Shown here: positions 21,898 to 36,846 of the stretch, in pieces
How the letters are laid out: each line of letters opens with the position of its first letter
How positions within the stretch are numbered: the first letter of the stretch is position 1
Source: Octopus bimaculoides
Lineage: Eukaryota
Direction: 5' to 3'
Length of the DNA stretch: 64,000 nt
NCBI RefSeq assembly: GCF_001194135.2
Contig: NC_069001.1
Location: 6,016,727-6,080,726 of the forward strand
Position numbers and translations under genes: made by a program
The notes under the pieces: model-generated
What the model saw: the letters and a program-made list of their open reading frames with translations, nothing else
What the model was told of the DNA's origin: nothing
Databases searched by the model: none

Positions 21898-24588
21898 NNN
21901 NNNNNNNNNNNNNNNNNNNNNNNNNNNNNNNNNNNNNNNNNNNNNNNNNNNNNNNNNNNNNNNNNNNNNNNNNNNNNNNNNNNNNNNNNNNNNNNNNNNN
22001 NNNNNNNNNNNNNNNNNNNNNNNNNNNNNNNNNNNNNNNNNNNNNNNNNNNNNNNNNNNNNNNNNNNNNNNNNNNNNNNNNNNNNNNNNNNNNNNNNNNN
22101 NNNNNNNNNNNNNNNNNNNNNNNNNNNNNNNNNNNNNNNNNNNNNNNNNNNNNNNNNNNNNNNNNNNNNNNNNNNNNNNNNNNNNNNNNNNNNNNNNNNN
22201 NNNNNNNNNNNNNNNNNNNNNNNNNNNNNNNNNNNNNNNNNNNNNNNNNNNNNNNNNNNNNNNNNNNNNNNNNNNNNNNNNNNNNNNNNNNNNNNNNNNN
22301 NNNNNNNNNNNNNNNNNNNNNNNNNNNNNNNNNNNNNNNNNNNNNNNNNNNNNNNNNNNNNNNNNNNNNNNNNNNNNNNNNNNNNNNNNNNNNNNNNNNN
22401 NNNNNNNNNNNNNNNNNNNNNNNNNNNNNNNNNTATATATATATATATATATATATATATGCGTGTGTATGAGTCTGTGTTTGTATTGCCTGTAGTTGTC
22501 TATATATCTATATATACGTGTGCGCGTGTTTGTGTATGCATGCATGTACTTATGCATGTGCTTGTAAGCATGTGTATAAAATTACAATGACCGAGTGTTT
22601 ACGATGTTGTTGTAGCTTCCTGAATTTAGATTACATATTCTAGTCAGAATATTGCAATACCCTTCAACAAGACACTTAACTTTATCTCCATGTTGATACT
22701 TAGATGAAGTTTTGATCCTAAAAATAACCAGCTGAGTTGAAGGCTCCCAAAATGTATTGTTTCTTCAATGGATTACCCTGTGTGCTATTTACTTAATCAC
22801 TTACTTCCATCATTGGGTGAACAACTATTTTTGTTCATGATCACAAATTCTAAGCAGTGACAGAGAGGAAAATAAACCTGATGCCAGTTAAAATAACTTC
22901 GAGTAATATTTGATCCCGTAAAGGTTTTTCACTGTTGTTTGTCATGGAGACGTAATCACATTGAAGACAAAAAGGTGCAAAACCATTGTGATCAATTCAG
23001 TGCGTCTTCTATTGAACTGGTGTATGCATACATTTCGAAGTAGTTACCTTCTCGTCGAATATGTAGCTTGTGTGTTTATTTGACAAAAAAATGATGATCC
23101 CGAAATACTACAATATTTCTTTCAACACACGGTTTCACATCATGAATCTTGCAACACAAGTTCATAACCGGTTTTTTTTATATACATTTCCTAAAATATT
23201 TAATTATAAAAGTATAATAGGATTTTTTAAGCATCAAGTGGCTGTGAGAAAAAGAGAAATCAAAGGAATCTATCTATTGGTAAGGAAACCTGAATAGCAG
23301 CGTCTCCGTGGGGACATTATTAGTTCGCAAGGGGTGGCATATTGTAAGGTGGCAGTATACAGAAATTTGGATGTTTTGAGAGGTTGTACTTTTTCTTACA
23401 GAGAAAATATCATGTACAATAATTATATTTTAAACACGCGTTCAAAAAAAGAAATCTTTTCCGGGATAAAACTACGAAAAGTGCAGTATCATCAACGAGA
23501 AGAAACATGACTGACGATGGATTAAGGCCTAACGTAATTTTGTTATATAAATTCTCACCAGTTTCTTCAATAATTTCTGTGCGGATTTAACATAGGGACG
23601 ATAATTCATGCAAACATGTAAAAACGTGGCACATGTTGGATGTGCTAATATCAGAAAATATCGATAATAAAATCACCGCTCAAAATTAGCTTCCGTTTGG
23701 TTAAAATAATGTCTTTTTATTTTTTATGTTTTTCTTGCAAAACATTCAGTACAAGGGGACATTGATTTAAAAAAAGGGGGGGGGGGGCAAGAACCACTGT
23801 TCTTCACTTGGAACAATCGAATACAATTCCATTATATCCCTAATGATCATGATATGAAAGCAACATGTGTTTCTCACTGCTCCCCCAACAGAATGTTAGC
23901 CATTTCAGTCTCGTCTCTTGGTATCAAACCAATAACTATAACAATGACAGAAAAAAAAAAAGAAAAAAACTCGAAGTCAACTCCTAACTCCAGAATACAA
24001 ACTCTGTGTTTGTGTTGATTCTCTTTTATACATTGCTTGTGTAATTATAGTTCATGATGCCTGACTCTCTCTTGTGTCTCATTTTGATCTGTTATTACAG
24101 GAGTTGACAGGAAATGCTGCTAATCTCTCACAGCTAACACATTTCCTAACAATCATTGAAATCTAATCCTTTGATTACGATTATTTTTTTCTCTCAATAA
24201 TCAAGAACATGATAACAATTAAAAAAATGTTTTACAAACGAAGCTCTTGGAATAAATTTAACCTTGACTAATAAATGTGCATTCGCAACTAATTATCTGA
24301 TACTTCTTGGTCACGCATTTTGTAATGGAGAAATTTGTGATATCTAATATCATTTATTTTATATTATATTGCAAATGGTGAGAACTGGCGTTGTTGGTTA
24401 CATTTTTCCAACGGTAAAGACCAGTCATTGCTTGACTGCAGTTTTGACAGCACGAATGACGAGGGAGAATTTCTTACTCGATTCAGAACAAATATCACAA
24501 GGGGCTTTGTTCCCAAAGAACCGCCTTCCCGGGTTCATTTGCTGATGTGCATTGTTGGAAGATGCGCGCGCGCACGCAAGCACACACG

Positions 24589-24881
24589 TACGGGCTTCTT
24601 TCAGTTTCCGTCTACCAATTCCACTCACAAGGCTTTGTTCAGCCCGAGGTTATAATAGAAAACACTCGCCAAGGATACCGCGCAGTGGTACTGAACCCGG
24701 AACTATGTAGTTGGGAACACGGCGGATTTCTTTCAGTTTCCATTGATCAAATTCACTTACAGGGGACTTTGGTCGGGCCGTGGCTATAGTTGAAGACACT
24801 TGCCCAAAGTGCCACGCAATGGAACTGAACCTAGGAACAAATAGTTGGGAAGCAAGCTTCTTAATCACACAGCCACGCCTA
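24589..24881 (-). mobile_element. Two tandem SINE family B heads
   Basis: Two reverse-complement head copies (~24589-24715 and ~24725-24881). Confidence 0.78.
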
Positions 24882-25233
24882 CGGAGAAAAGAAAATGGCA
24901 GATAGATGGTATATAACATTATCTAAATGTTTTTGTGATATAATTTGCAGACACATATCATTAAATGGGACTGACGGTTTAAGTTATATATTAAGGGTTT
25001 CGTAATAAGAAATAATACTTAAAAATGAATAATTAGCATAATAATATAGCAATAAAACTACGCTATCCAAATAATCCAGATTGTCATCTTGGAAGAAAAA
25101 TAATTCAACGTATCGAATGTAAATAGCATTGAAAGAATGTTATCAGTAAATGTGACATTTGTGTAAATTGGAAAGCATTTTTTTTTAAATACGCAGACGA
25201 TTAAATTCATTCATTAACTGCAGCTTTTACCCA

Positions 25234-25278
<45 letters not shown>

Positions 25279-26687
25279 CTCACTGTCTATCTATCTATCT
25301 ATCTCTTTCCATTTAAATGTCTATATATGTGGAAGCAAAGAAAGAGCGAGATGGCTAGATAGATAGATAAACTGGTAGATAAGTAAGGTAGGTAGGTAGG
25401 TAGGTAGGTAGGTAGGTAGGTAGGTAGGTAGGTAGGTAGGTAGGTGGATGGATGGGTAGATAGGTAGGTAAGTAGGCTCATATATATATATACACACGAA
25501 TCCACCTTTATATACGCAGATTATGTATAACAGCAGCTTTGTCTCAGATGCAGGACATGTACACCGTGTGTGTCTTAACTGAGCTTTGTACAACATCAGT
25601 AGTTGTCGGAAGCTGAATTATTTTCTTGTTTTGTGATGCAGTCTTTACTATGTTTGTCATGTGTGATTTTTAACAGAGATCCCCAGTGAGACTTAGCATT
25701 TATAGTAACCTTAAGGAGTCTGTGTGTTCATCCTTTGGGTTGTTTAAATTGATAAGTCTCTATTTTTTTTCAATTTCTATATAGAGCGTTAAAGGCCTAT
25801 TTTGTTCCTCTTTTCTTGCATTCAGAAAAATGAAAAGTATTTGTAGTAGGGGCTGTTAGAAGTTCCCTAAGTCATTCCTATGTTGTATTTTCAATGATGA
25901 CTATTTCTATTATAAATTGAGTTTACTTGATAATTACTATCTCACAATTAATATCTGATTAAGGAGATATAAAACTCTTTATTTTTTTTAAGTACAAGCA
26001 TTAGCAACGATAGCTGACCTTTATTGTGTTCCGATTGAATAATTTATTATATATATATTTTTTTTACGTGGAAGTGTGTCAGTGTAGTTAAAATGTTGCT
26101 GAATGGTTTTTGAAAACTAGAAAGAAAGATGGGTTAAAGTATACGTGCCTTTGAAACTAATCACTTGAACCTCGACTGTTTACAGAAGTTTCTATTTTAC
26201 ATAAAAATCAAAGTCAAGCAATAGTAATGATGTTCATCCATTGTATTATAATAAATATACTCACTCTATTTGAATGTATAGAGTACTACCATTTTTATTT
26301 TCTAAAAGCACAAATTGTTATAATGTTTATGGAGAACAGATTTTCTGACAAATATATTGTATTGGGAACGACACATCAATCAACAAAAGCTATTGAAGCG
26401 TTGACTGACAGGGAAACATTAATGGACATAGGAACATGACTGTTACAAATATTAAGAATTAACGAGGGAATATAAAAAAAAACCTTAGTACAAAAGAGAA
26501 TCTTGAACACAGTCGTGTCTTTAGTAGGTGTGTATGCATATATATATATACACACACACACAGTCATATATATTTATAGAGAGAGAGGGGGAGGGAGAGA
26601 TAGATAGATAGATAGATAGATACATACATACATACATACATATATGCATATATGTATACGAATATACGTACATATACACGGCATATA

Positions 26688-26729
<42 letters not shown>

Positions 26730-27672
26730 NNNNNNNNNNNNNNNNNNNNNNNNNNNNNNNNNNNNNNNNNNNNNNNNNNNNNNNNNNNNNNNNNNNNNNN
26801 NNNNNNNNNNNNNNNNNNNNNNNNNNNNNNNNNNNNNNNNNNNNNNNNNNNNNNNNNNNNNNNNNNNNNNNNNNNNNNNNNNNNNNNNNNNNNNNNNNNN
26901 NNNNNNNNNNNNNNNNNNNNNNNNNNNNNNNNNNNNNNNNNNNNNNNNNNNNNNNNNNNNNNNNNNNNNNNNNNNNNNNNNNNNNNNNNNNNNNNNNNNN
27001 NNNNNNNNNNNNNNNNNNNNNNNNNNNNNNNNNNNNNNNNNNNNNNNNNNNNNNNNNNNNNNNNNNNNNNNNNNNNNNNNNNNNNNNNNNNNNNNNNNNN
27101 NNNNNNNNNNNNNNNNNNNNNNNNNNNNNNNNNNNNNNNNNNNNNNNNNNNNNNNNNNNNNNNNNNNNNNNNNNNNNNNNNNNNNNNNNNNNNNNNNNNN
27201 NNNNNNNNNNNNNNNNNNNNNNNNNNNNNNNNNNNNNNNNNNNNNNNNNNNNNNNNNNNNNNNNNNNNNNNNNNNNNNNNNNNNNNNNNNNNNNNNNNNN
27301 NNNNNNNNNNNNNNNNNNNNNNNNNNNNNNNNNNNNNNNNNNNNNNNNNNNNNNNNNNNNNNNNNNNNNNNNNNNNNNNNNNNNNNNNNNNNNNNNNNNN
27401 NNNNNNNNNNNNNNNNNNNNNNNNNNNNNNNNNNNNNNNNNNNNNNNNNNNNNNNNNNNNNNNNNNNNNNNNNNNNNNNNNNNNNNNNNNNNNNNNNNNN
27501 NNNNNNNNNNNNNNNNNNNNNNGATGATGATGATGATGATGAAGATGATGATGATGATGATGGTGGTGATGGTGGTGGTGGTGGTGGTGGTGGTGATGGT
27601 GGTGGTGGTGCTGCTGCTGCTTCTGATGATGGTGTGATGGTGTTGGTAGTGGTGATGGTGGTGAAAGTGGTG

Positions 27673-27708
<36 letters not shown>

Positions 27709-27710
27709 GC

Positions 27711-27749
<39 letters not shown>

Positions 27750-27984
27750 AACGTGAATGTTGCAGTGGTTCATTTTCCAAGATCAATCTTCTTTACAAGA
27801 GTAGAACTTAAAAGCTAAATTTGACACACGCATATATTTTGTTTTCTATTACATAATCCTGCTAAAGTATTCACAACAACACTGGAGGGCCCTGAATACA
27901 AGGTTATGTAGATAAACAGTTCATGACAAGAGACCGTCTGAATTTCCTGGTTGGGTAAAAAGAAAATGAGTTCAAAGCAAATGA

Positions 27985-28430
27985 GCGATCTGAATTGAAG
28001 GCTCTGTAGCTAATGCGTTCACAATAATTGAGGTTCTGGTAGAGAGAATTATGTTGTTAAGGTATTCGTAGCAACAGACTGTCTAAAATAGAAGGTTGTG
28101 TACATTAAAAGTTCACCGAAATAGAGGGACCTGCATGGCGGGATCTGAATTGAGAGCTATGTAGATGATGTGTTTTTCAATAACTGAGGTTCTGGAATAG
28201 AGAATTATGTCGCTAAAGTCCTCACAGCAACAGAATGTCTAAAATAGATTACGTATATTAAAATTTCACAGGAATAGAGGGATTTGAATTGGGGTTAACG
28301 TAGTTAATGTATTCATAATCATTGAGGATCATGAATAGAGTGTTATGTAGCTAAGATGTTCACAGAAGCAGAAGAACCTGAATTAAAAGTTATGTACATA
28401 AAGTGTTCACAGCACGAGAGGATATGGAAT
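27985..28430. repeat. Diverged tandem repeat, ~3 units of 140-156 bp
   Basis: TGAATT...TAG.TAATG...ATAA.TGAGGTTCTGG.ATAGAGAATTATG recurs near 28024, 28180 and 28319. Confidence 0.65.
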
Positions 28431-28808
28431 AGAGCAGAGATTATCAGATTATCAACCAGTTTTTTCCTATGGACTCCTTTGCTCCGTATATATACATATG
28501 TATATATATATATATNNNNNNNNNNNNNNNNNNNNNNNNNNNNNNNNNNNNNNNNNNNNNNNNNNNNNNNNNNNNNNNNNNNNNNNNNNNNNNNNNNNNN
28601 NNNNNNNNNNNNNNNNNNNNNNNNNNNNNNNNNNNNNNNNNNNNNNNNNNNNNNNNNNNNNNNNNNNNNNNNNNNNNNNNNNNNNNNNNNNNNNNNNNNN
28701 NNNNNNNNNNNNNNNNNNNNNNNNNNNNNNNNNNNNNNNNNNNNNNNNNNNNNNNNNNNNNNNNNNNNNNNNNNNNNNNNNNNNNNNNNNNNNNNNNNNN
28801 NNNNNNNN

Positions 28809-28915
28809 NGCTTCTTTCAGTTTCCAACTACGAAATCCCGAGGCTATAGTAAAAGACACTTGCCCAAGGTGCCGCACAGTGGTGCTGAACCCGGAACAAT
28901 GTGATTGGGAATGCA
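28809..28915 (-). mobile_element. SINE family B head fragment
   Basis: CTTCTTTCAGTTTCC...GAGGCTATAGT...GACACTTGCCCAAGGTGCC...GAACCCGGAAC. Confidence 0.75.
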
Positions 28916-29135
28916 AACCAAGCTGTGTGGTAACAGTTGCCAAATTTCCTTTAAATTACAACCCACTGTCTTAAAATCGAGAAGGCGTTTTGGATAACGC
29001 AGTGCCAAATATTAATTACACCTAAAAAAAAAGATGTGGGGAAAACCGGGGATCGTTGTGATTGGAATGCCTTTGATCCATTGTTAACTGGATGAGAACT
29101 GACCTGGGGTTAAACAACAACAACAACAACAATAA
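28916..29135 (+). mobile_element. Further interspersed repeat (family E), tail ending in (AAC)n
   Basis: CAAATTTCC...ACTGTCTTAAAA...GGAATGCCTTTGA...GACCTGGGG.TAAACAAC. Related diverged pieces at ~32380-32635 (-), ~46030-46260 (-) and ~61860-61960 (+). Confidence 0.5.
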
Positions 29136-30463
29136 CAACAATAACAACAACAACAAACAATATTCCCACGATCAAAAATAAAATGGATGTATAATTTTAC
29201 CCTACATGTATTAATTAAAGATTACAAATTGTAACAAACATTATTTTAAAATACAAAAGTATTATTAAAGAGATTTCAAATACTAACAAACAACTGGACA
29301 GAAAAATCCTTTTATAATATATTCATTAAGTTTTGCTGGTGATTTTTAATTACATTGCGCTGTTAATTCATTTAATTCTCTATTAAGAAAGTCATTATTT
29401 TTACTTGCATCCTTTAACATCGATCGACTCACTACAAAAGAGCTTCTGGAATGCTGTGACACGTGACTTCAATACATTCTAAAGGACGGTGGACAGGCAG
29501 AATCAGCGAATAAAACGGTGGTGGTGGCAGCAGCGATGGGCTGAGGAATTGGTAGAGCGGTGAATAAAATGACGGTGGTAATGTTGGTGATGGGCTATAG
29601 AATCGGTAGAGCGGCGAATGAAATAGTGGTGGTTGTGCTGGTTATGGTAGTTGTGTTGTTGTTGGTGGTGGTGGTCATGTTGGTTGTAGTGGTGGTGTTG
29701 ATTGTGGTGGCTTTGTTGGTTGTGGTTGTTGTGATGGTTGTGGTGGTGGTTGTGTTGGTGGTGATGATTATGTTGTTGTTGTTGCTGGTGGTGGTGGTGG
29801 TGTTGGTGGTTTGTTTTTGAAAGTAGTGATTTTCTGATTGAAGCCCTCCCGTGAAATCCGGCTTTGTGCAGCTCCCGGAGAACAGTTTTGTGGAAACTGG
29901 GTTCTCGAGGTGGTCATTAAGCTCTGCAGTAATTTCGGGAGCTGTACTTTTGTGATCCTTTCTAACAATTCGCGTAAGAATCCGACAGTCCCTATCTGTA
30001 AGTTTTAGTTTTCTTCAAGAGTTTTGTTTCGACGTGGAGGTTTTTCCCTCCAATGTCATTACTGTCATTCGAGACAGTACTACTTGATACACCAAACATT
30101 TCGGCTGTTTTCGTTACGTAAACGCCTGTCATACGAGCACCAACAATTTAACCTCTTTAAAAGTCCGATAGATCTGTCACTTTAATGAATTTTAATTACC
30201 TTTTTCTGATGATATTTGAAAAGAAACAGCAATTTCAGTAAAGAAAATTAAGCAACACTAATAATAAATTAAAAAACATCAAAAATAAACAAGCTTTTGA
30301 CGGTTTTATAGATATTTCAAAATTACGATGCTATGATGCTAGGTGTTTTCATTATTTTGTCCAACCCCTGTATGTATGTATATATATATATATATATATA
30401 TNNNNNNNNNNNNNNNNNNNNNNNNNNNNNNNNNNNNNNNNNNNNNNNNNNNNNNNNNNNNNN

Positions 30464-30505
<42 letters not shown>

Positions 30506-30654
30506 AGGGATGACCACTAAGTGGACATCCATTATGCTAAAAGAAGACCCCATATGGTCTGACCACTAAGAAAAGATTGTTCTCAAGAAAATTCAGCAAA
30601 CGCGTGGTCATCCCACTTATATGTATGTAATATAATATTTCTGTGTTTGTGTCC

Positions 30655-30865
30655 TACAGCTGCTTGACCATTGGTGCTGGTGTGTTTAAGTCGACATAAG
30701 GTACCATAGGCGGTTCGGCAAAAGAGACCGATAGATTAAGTATCAGGCTTTTAAAAAAATGTTATTATGTACTGGGGTCGATTCATTCTCTCAAATATTT
30801 TTCAAGGCGGTTCCCCAGCATGGCCGCGATCTAATAACTGAGACAAGTAAAAACTAAATATAAAA
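30655..30865 (+). mobile_element. SINE family B tail (diverged)
   Basis: GCTTGACC..TGGTGCTGGTGTGTTT...GGTTCGGCAAAAGAGACCGATAG...CAGCATGGCCGC. Confidence 0.72.
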
Positions 30866-31116
30866 AGATTATTAAAAAAAAAGGAGATTTCTATAAAATG
30901 TCGATCGACCAGGCTGAGATTGCCTTCTCGTTTAAACTTAGTTTCTGTTGTTTACAACGCGTTTATGGTTCTTTTTGGTCGATTGCTGATCACGTGAAGA
31001 GAAGATGGTGTTATTAGTGTCTCCGAAATAGGCGTAGTTCTAAGAATATTGGAAGGAAATAGTTTAGTCCGAAAAATCAATATTCTGACGACACGAAACA
31101 TGATCATAAAAATCTA

Positions 31117-31505
31117 GGCTGTATGGTAAGAAGTTTGCTTCCCAACCACATGGTTCCCGGGTTCAGTCCCACTGCGTGGTACCTTGGGTAAGTGTCTCCT
31201 GCTATAGCCTCGGGCCGACAAAAGCCTTGTGAGTGGATTTGGTAGAAGGAAACTGAAAGAAGCCTGTCGTATGTGTTTGTGTATGCGTGTGTGTGTGTGT
31301 CTGTCTGTCTTTATGTATGTGTTTGTACTCCCACTACACACTGCTTGACGACTGGTGTTGGTTTATTTACGTCCCCGTAACTTAACCGTTCGGCAAAAGA
31401 TACCGATAGAATGAGTAACAGGCTTTTAAAACAAAAGTCCTGGGATCGATTCATTCGACTAAAACCCTTCTTTAAGGCGTTGCTCCAGCATGGCCGCAGT
31501 CAAAN
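31117..31505 (+). mobile_element. SINE family B, near full length (head - TG microsatellite - tail)
   Basis: Head 31117-31270, internal (TG)-rich tract, tail to 31505. Confidence 0.85.
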
Positions 31506-32142
31506 NNNNNNNNNNNNNNNNNNNNNNNNNNNNNNNNNNNNNNNNNNNNNNNNNNNNNNNNNNNNNNNNNNNNNNNNNNNNNNNNNNNNNNNNNNNNNNN
31601 NNNNNNNNNNNNNNNNNNNNNNNNNNNNNNNNNNNNNNNNNNNNNNNNNNNNNNNNNNNNNNNNNNNNNNNNNNNNNNNNNNNNNNNNNNNNNNNNNNNN
31701 NNNNNNNNNNNNNNNNNNNNNNNNNNNNNNNNNNNNNNNNNNNNNNNNNNNNNNNNNNNNNNNNNNNNNNNNNNNNNNNNNNNNNNNNNNNNNNNNNNNN
31801 NNNNNNNNNNNNNNNNNNNNNNNNNNNNNNNNNNNNNNNNNNNNNNNNNNNNNNNNNNNNNNNNNNNNNNNNNNNNNNNNNNNNNNNNNNNNNNNNNNNN
31901 NNNNNNNNNNNNNNNNNNNNNNNNNNNNNNNNNNNNNNNNNNNNNNNNNNNNNNNNNNNNNNNNNNNNNNNNNNNNNNNNNNNNNNNNNNNNNNNNNNNN
32001 NNNNNNNNNNNNNNNNNNNNNNNNNNNNNNNNNNNNNNNNNNNNNNNNNNNNNNNNNNNNNNNNNNNNNNNNNNNNNNNNNNNNNNNNNNNNNNNNNNNN
32101 NNNNNNNNNNNNNNNNNNNNNNNNNNNNNNNNNNNNNNNNNN

Positions 32143-32347
32143 AAGCCCGTCGTATATATGTATATATATGTATGTATGTGTGTATGTGCTTGTGCGTCTG
32201 TGTTTGTCCCCCCCCCCCAACATCGCTTGACAATCGATGCTGGTGTGTTTACGTCCCTGTAACTTAGCGGTTCGGCAAAAGAGACCGATAGAATAAGTAC
32301 TAGGCTTCTAAAGAATAAGTCCTGGGGTCGAATTAAAAGAGTAAAAG
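32143..32347 (+). mobile_element. SINE family B (end of head, microsatellite, tail)
   Basis: AAGCCCGTCGTATAT...CGCTTGACAATCGATGCTGGTGTGTTTACGTCCC... Confidence 0.8.
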
Positions 32348-32730
32348 AGTATATCTCCTTCAGCTTTGCCTTCTTACAATTCAGATTCCTTTCTGCTAAG
32401 AACAAAAACCAATTCTTATAACAGCGAAGTTGATATGGCTGCTACAAGAGATTAACTTCAGTTCTATCCTGAGCGAGTAGACATGTAACCAAAGATTCTC
32501 CGACCGTGACCATCCAACATGCAGGGAACTCAATCAAATTATCCGATATGTTATTTTCTGACATTCTGAGACAATGCAATGTGAATTGAGGAAGATTTTG
32601 CTTCTATTTTTAACAGACCGAGAAACCACATTGAGGTGGGGATATATAGATGACTATATAAACCCACGACCAACACCACAGCCACCGCCAACACAATACA
32701 AGGATAAATACACAAATATGTGTGCATGTT

Positions 32731-32761
<31 letters not shown>

Positions 32762-33299
32762 GTGTGTGTGTGCATTACATTAAGATTATATGTACATGCG
32801 TATATATTCAATTCCAAACAGAAGTAGGCATACACATGCATGGGTGTGTGTGAGTGTGTACATACATATATGTAGAGTACATGTACATGCGTATATACTC
32901 AATTCCAAACAGAGGTAGGCGTACACACGCATATGTGTGTGCATGTGTGTGTATGTGTATGTATGTATGTATGTATGTATGTATGTATGTATGTATATGC
33001 AGGTATTCAGTGCAGTTATATACTGTTAAAGAAACAACAGCAGAAGAAAACGAAAACAAATTATTTTGGGAATTTAAAAGGAAAGAAAGAAAGCATGAAA
33101 GGAGAGAAAGGAAGAAAGAAAGAAAGAAAAAAGAGAGAAAGAAAGGAAGAGAGAAAGGAAAAGAGAAAGGAAGAGAGAAAAAAGAAAAAGAGAAAGAAAA
33201 GAAGACTTGACAACATACAATGGAATATAGTTTTCTCTCTCAAATACTGTGAGACAACGCTTTGACATTTTCCGACATGCAATCCAGTCAGCTGCTAAA

Positions 33300-33532
33300 A
33301 GGGAATTACACACACACACACACGCGCGCGCACATGTTCATATAAATGCGTGCGCGCGCACAGGAACACGCACGCACATATAAGCAAACATGTACACACC
33401 AACAAAAATACGCGCGCGCGCGAACACACACTCATACACACACACATACACACACATCGGGAGAACGAGAGAGGAGAGAGGAAAAAAAGATATAGTTAAA
33501 CATTATGTATATACATATACATATATATATAT

Positions 33533-33577
<45 letters not shown>

Positions 33578-34652
33578 TATACATATATATATGTATATAC
33601 ATATATGNNNNNNNNNNNNNNNNNNNNNNNNNNNNNNNNNNNNNNNNNNNNNNNNNNNNNNNNNNNNNNNNNNNNNNNNNNNNNNNNNNNNNNNNNNNNN
33701 NNNNNNNNNNNNNNNNNNNNNNNNNNNNNNNNNNNNNNNNNNNNNNNNNNNNNNNNNNNNNNNNNNNNNNNNNNNNNNNNNNNNNNNNNNNNNNNNNNNN
33801 NNNNNNNNNNNNNNNNNNNNNNNNNNNNNNNNNNNNNNNNNNNNNNNNNNNNNNNNNNNNNNNNNNNNNNNNNNNNNNNNNNNNNNNNNNNNNNNNNNNN
33901 NNNNNNNNNNNNNNNNNNNNNNNNNNNNNNNNNNNNNNNNNNNNNNNNNNNNNNNNNNNNNNNNNNNNNNNNNNNNNNNNNNNNNNNNNNNNNNNNNNNN
34001 NNNNNNNNNNNNNNNNNNNNNNNNNNNNNNNNNNNNNNNNNNNNNNNNNNNNNNNNNNNNNNNNNNNNNNNNNNNNNNNNNNNNNNNNNNNNNNNNNNNN
34101 NNNNNNNNNNNNNNNNNNNNNNNNNNNNNNNNNNNNNNNNNNNNNNNNNNNNNNNNNNNNNNNNNNNNNNNNNNNNNNNNNNNNNNNNNNNNNNNNNNNN
34201 NNNNNNNNNNNNNNNNNNNNNNNNNNNNNNNNNNNNNNNNNNNNNNNNNNNNNNNNNNNNNNNNNNNNNNNNNNNNNNNNNNNNNNNNNNNNNNNNNNNN
34301 NNNNNNNNNNNNNNNNNNNNNNNNNNNNNNNNNNNNNNNNNNNNNNNNNNNNNNNNNNNNNNNNNNNNNNNNNNNNNNTATATATATATATATATATATA
34401 TATACATGTGTGTGTGAGCGCATGTGTGCGTGTGCGCGCGCGTGTGTCTGTGTATGTGTGTGTCTGTGTATGTGTGTGTCTGTGTATGTGTGTGTCTGTG
34501 TGTGCATGTGGTGAAAAGAGCTTGGATACACACATCGATAGATAGGTAGACAGACAGATAGACAGACAGACACAGACAAAGACAGACAAACAGACCGACA
34601 GACACACACACACACACACACACACACAGACGGACAGACAGACAGACAGACT

Positions 34653-34691
<39 letters not shown>

Positions 34692-34692
34692 T

Positions 34693-34737
<45 letters not shown>

Positions 34738-35126
34738 CCCTGCATATGTGCATCACAACAAGTATGTGCAGGTGCACATAAATACAGATGCGAATCATAA
34801 AAACTGCATGTCATTATAACTGTGTGCATGTATTCTTAGATGCGTGTGTGCTGGTATGCGTGAATTTGAATGTGTGTGTGTGTGTGTGTGTGTGCGTGTG
34901 TGTGTGGTGAAGGTTTATAGCTGTTATGTTGTCTGTGATTTATATGTTTTTAAAAATTAGTTTCACGTAAAAAACTTTATGTTCACATTTTTCTACCCGT
35001 TCCTATTTTCAAGTGCTTCTGTTAACTGATGACTATACACACCTAAGCACACATGTGAATATAATGTATGTATGTATGTATGTATAGGTGTGTATGTATG
35101 TGTGTATGTATGTATGTGTGTCTATG

Positions 35127-35167
<41 letters not shown>

Positions 35168-35237
35168 GTGTGTGTGTCTACATGCTTATGTGTGTTTCTG
35201 TGCATACATATATTTAAATACACCTACACTCATATCG

Positions 35238-35282
<45 letters not shown>

Positions 35283-35560
35283 TATGTATATATATATGTA
35301 GGTGTGTGTGTGTGTGTGTATGTGTGTGTTACATACGTGTCTGTGTTTATAAGTGTATTTTAATATGTGTGGCTTTGTTTGTCTATGCATGTGTCTATGA
35401 ATTTAAATGTATGTAAATCTACAAGGTGAGTGTGTGTGTGTGTGCGTGCGTGTCTGTGTGTGTGTGTGTGTGTAAACGTTTTATATACATGTATACATCT
35501 CACACACAGATATGTGCGTGTATATATAGTAATACATTGACGTGATTGGTAAAATACACT
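33300..35560. repeat. Compound microsatellite zone (CA, TA, GACA, GATA, TG) around a large gap
   Basis: Direct inspection. Confidence 0.92.
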
Positions 35561-35687
35561 TGACATGTAGACACGCGCCCGCCATTGTTGGTTTCGACAG
35601 ATCTTCTGTACAGTGACATCAACCTATAATAATGAACGCTGAAGAAAAGATTATTCAACAGAATTATTCCCTCACTCACTCACTCAC

Positions 35688-35764
<77 letters not shown>

Positions 35765-35877
35765 GTTTGTCTCTTTCTCTCTCTCTCACACCTTCACCCT
35801 CTTCTGTCACTATCTTTATATCTAGTTATAAGTATGGATGTCTCTATAGCTATCTATTTCTATTTATTTATTCTGTT

Positions 35878-36298
35878 ATTCTTTTGTTTCAGTCATGCTG
35901 GAGCACCGCCTTTAGTTGAACAAATCGAAATCAGGACTAATTCTTTGTAAACCTAGTGCTTATCCTATCGGCTTCTTTTATCGAACCACAATGTTACCAG
36001 GACGTAGACATACCAACATCGGTTGTCACCTGATGGTGGTCGGCAAAAACTCAGACACACAAATATGTATATACTGTCTACCAAGTCCACTCACAGGGCT
36101 TTTGTTGTCCCGAGGCTATAGTAGAAGACACTTGGCCAAAGTGCCGCGTATTTGAACTGAACCAGGAACCATGTGGTTGGGAAGCAAGCTTCTTATCGCA
36201 CAGCTGATCAATCTATTTACCTATCTCTCTTGAAAGAGATGATGACAGCTTCATACATATATACATGCATACATACACACACACACATACACACATAT

Positions 36299-36349
<51 letters not shown>

Positions 36350-36410
36350 TACGGACGGACGTCTTTCACTCACAAAGCTTTGGTAGGCCTGAGGTTATAG
36401 TAGAAACTGG
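35878..36410 (-). mobile_element. SINE family B pieces (tail, head, second head fragment)
   Basis: Reverse-complement matches at 35878-36205 and ~36355-36410. Confidence 0.7.
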
Positions 36411-36794
36411 AACCACACTATTTAAAGGAACAGAAAGTAACAACAAGGGTATGCTTGCTTCCATAGTATATGATATTAAACATCAAAATGGAGCAGATTC
36501 ATGACGTAAAAACAATATATATATATATATATACACACTGAAGGTATAGCAATGCCATAGAAATTTAGGCTAAATATTTCATAATGTGAAGTGTCAAGGA
36601 ACCAGTGAACCATGTACCTATAATAACTTAAAATAGAAGGAAAAGAATAGCTTCCGGCATAGTGTGGAATATACCATAAATGTCTGGTTATGTGCATATA
36701 TATATATATTTATGATATATACATTATATTCACATCTGCATCTATATATATATATGTATGTATGTATGCATGTAGTATGTGATGTGTGTATGTC

Positions 36795-36846
<52 letters not shown>

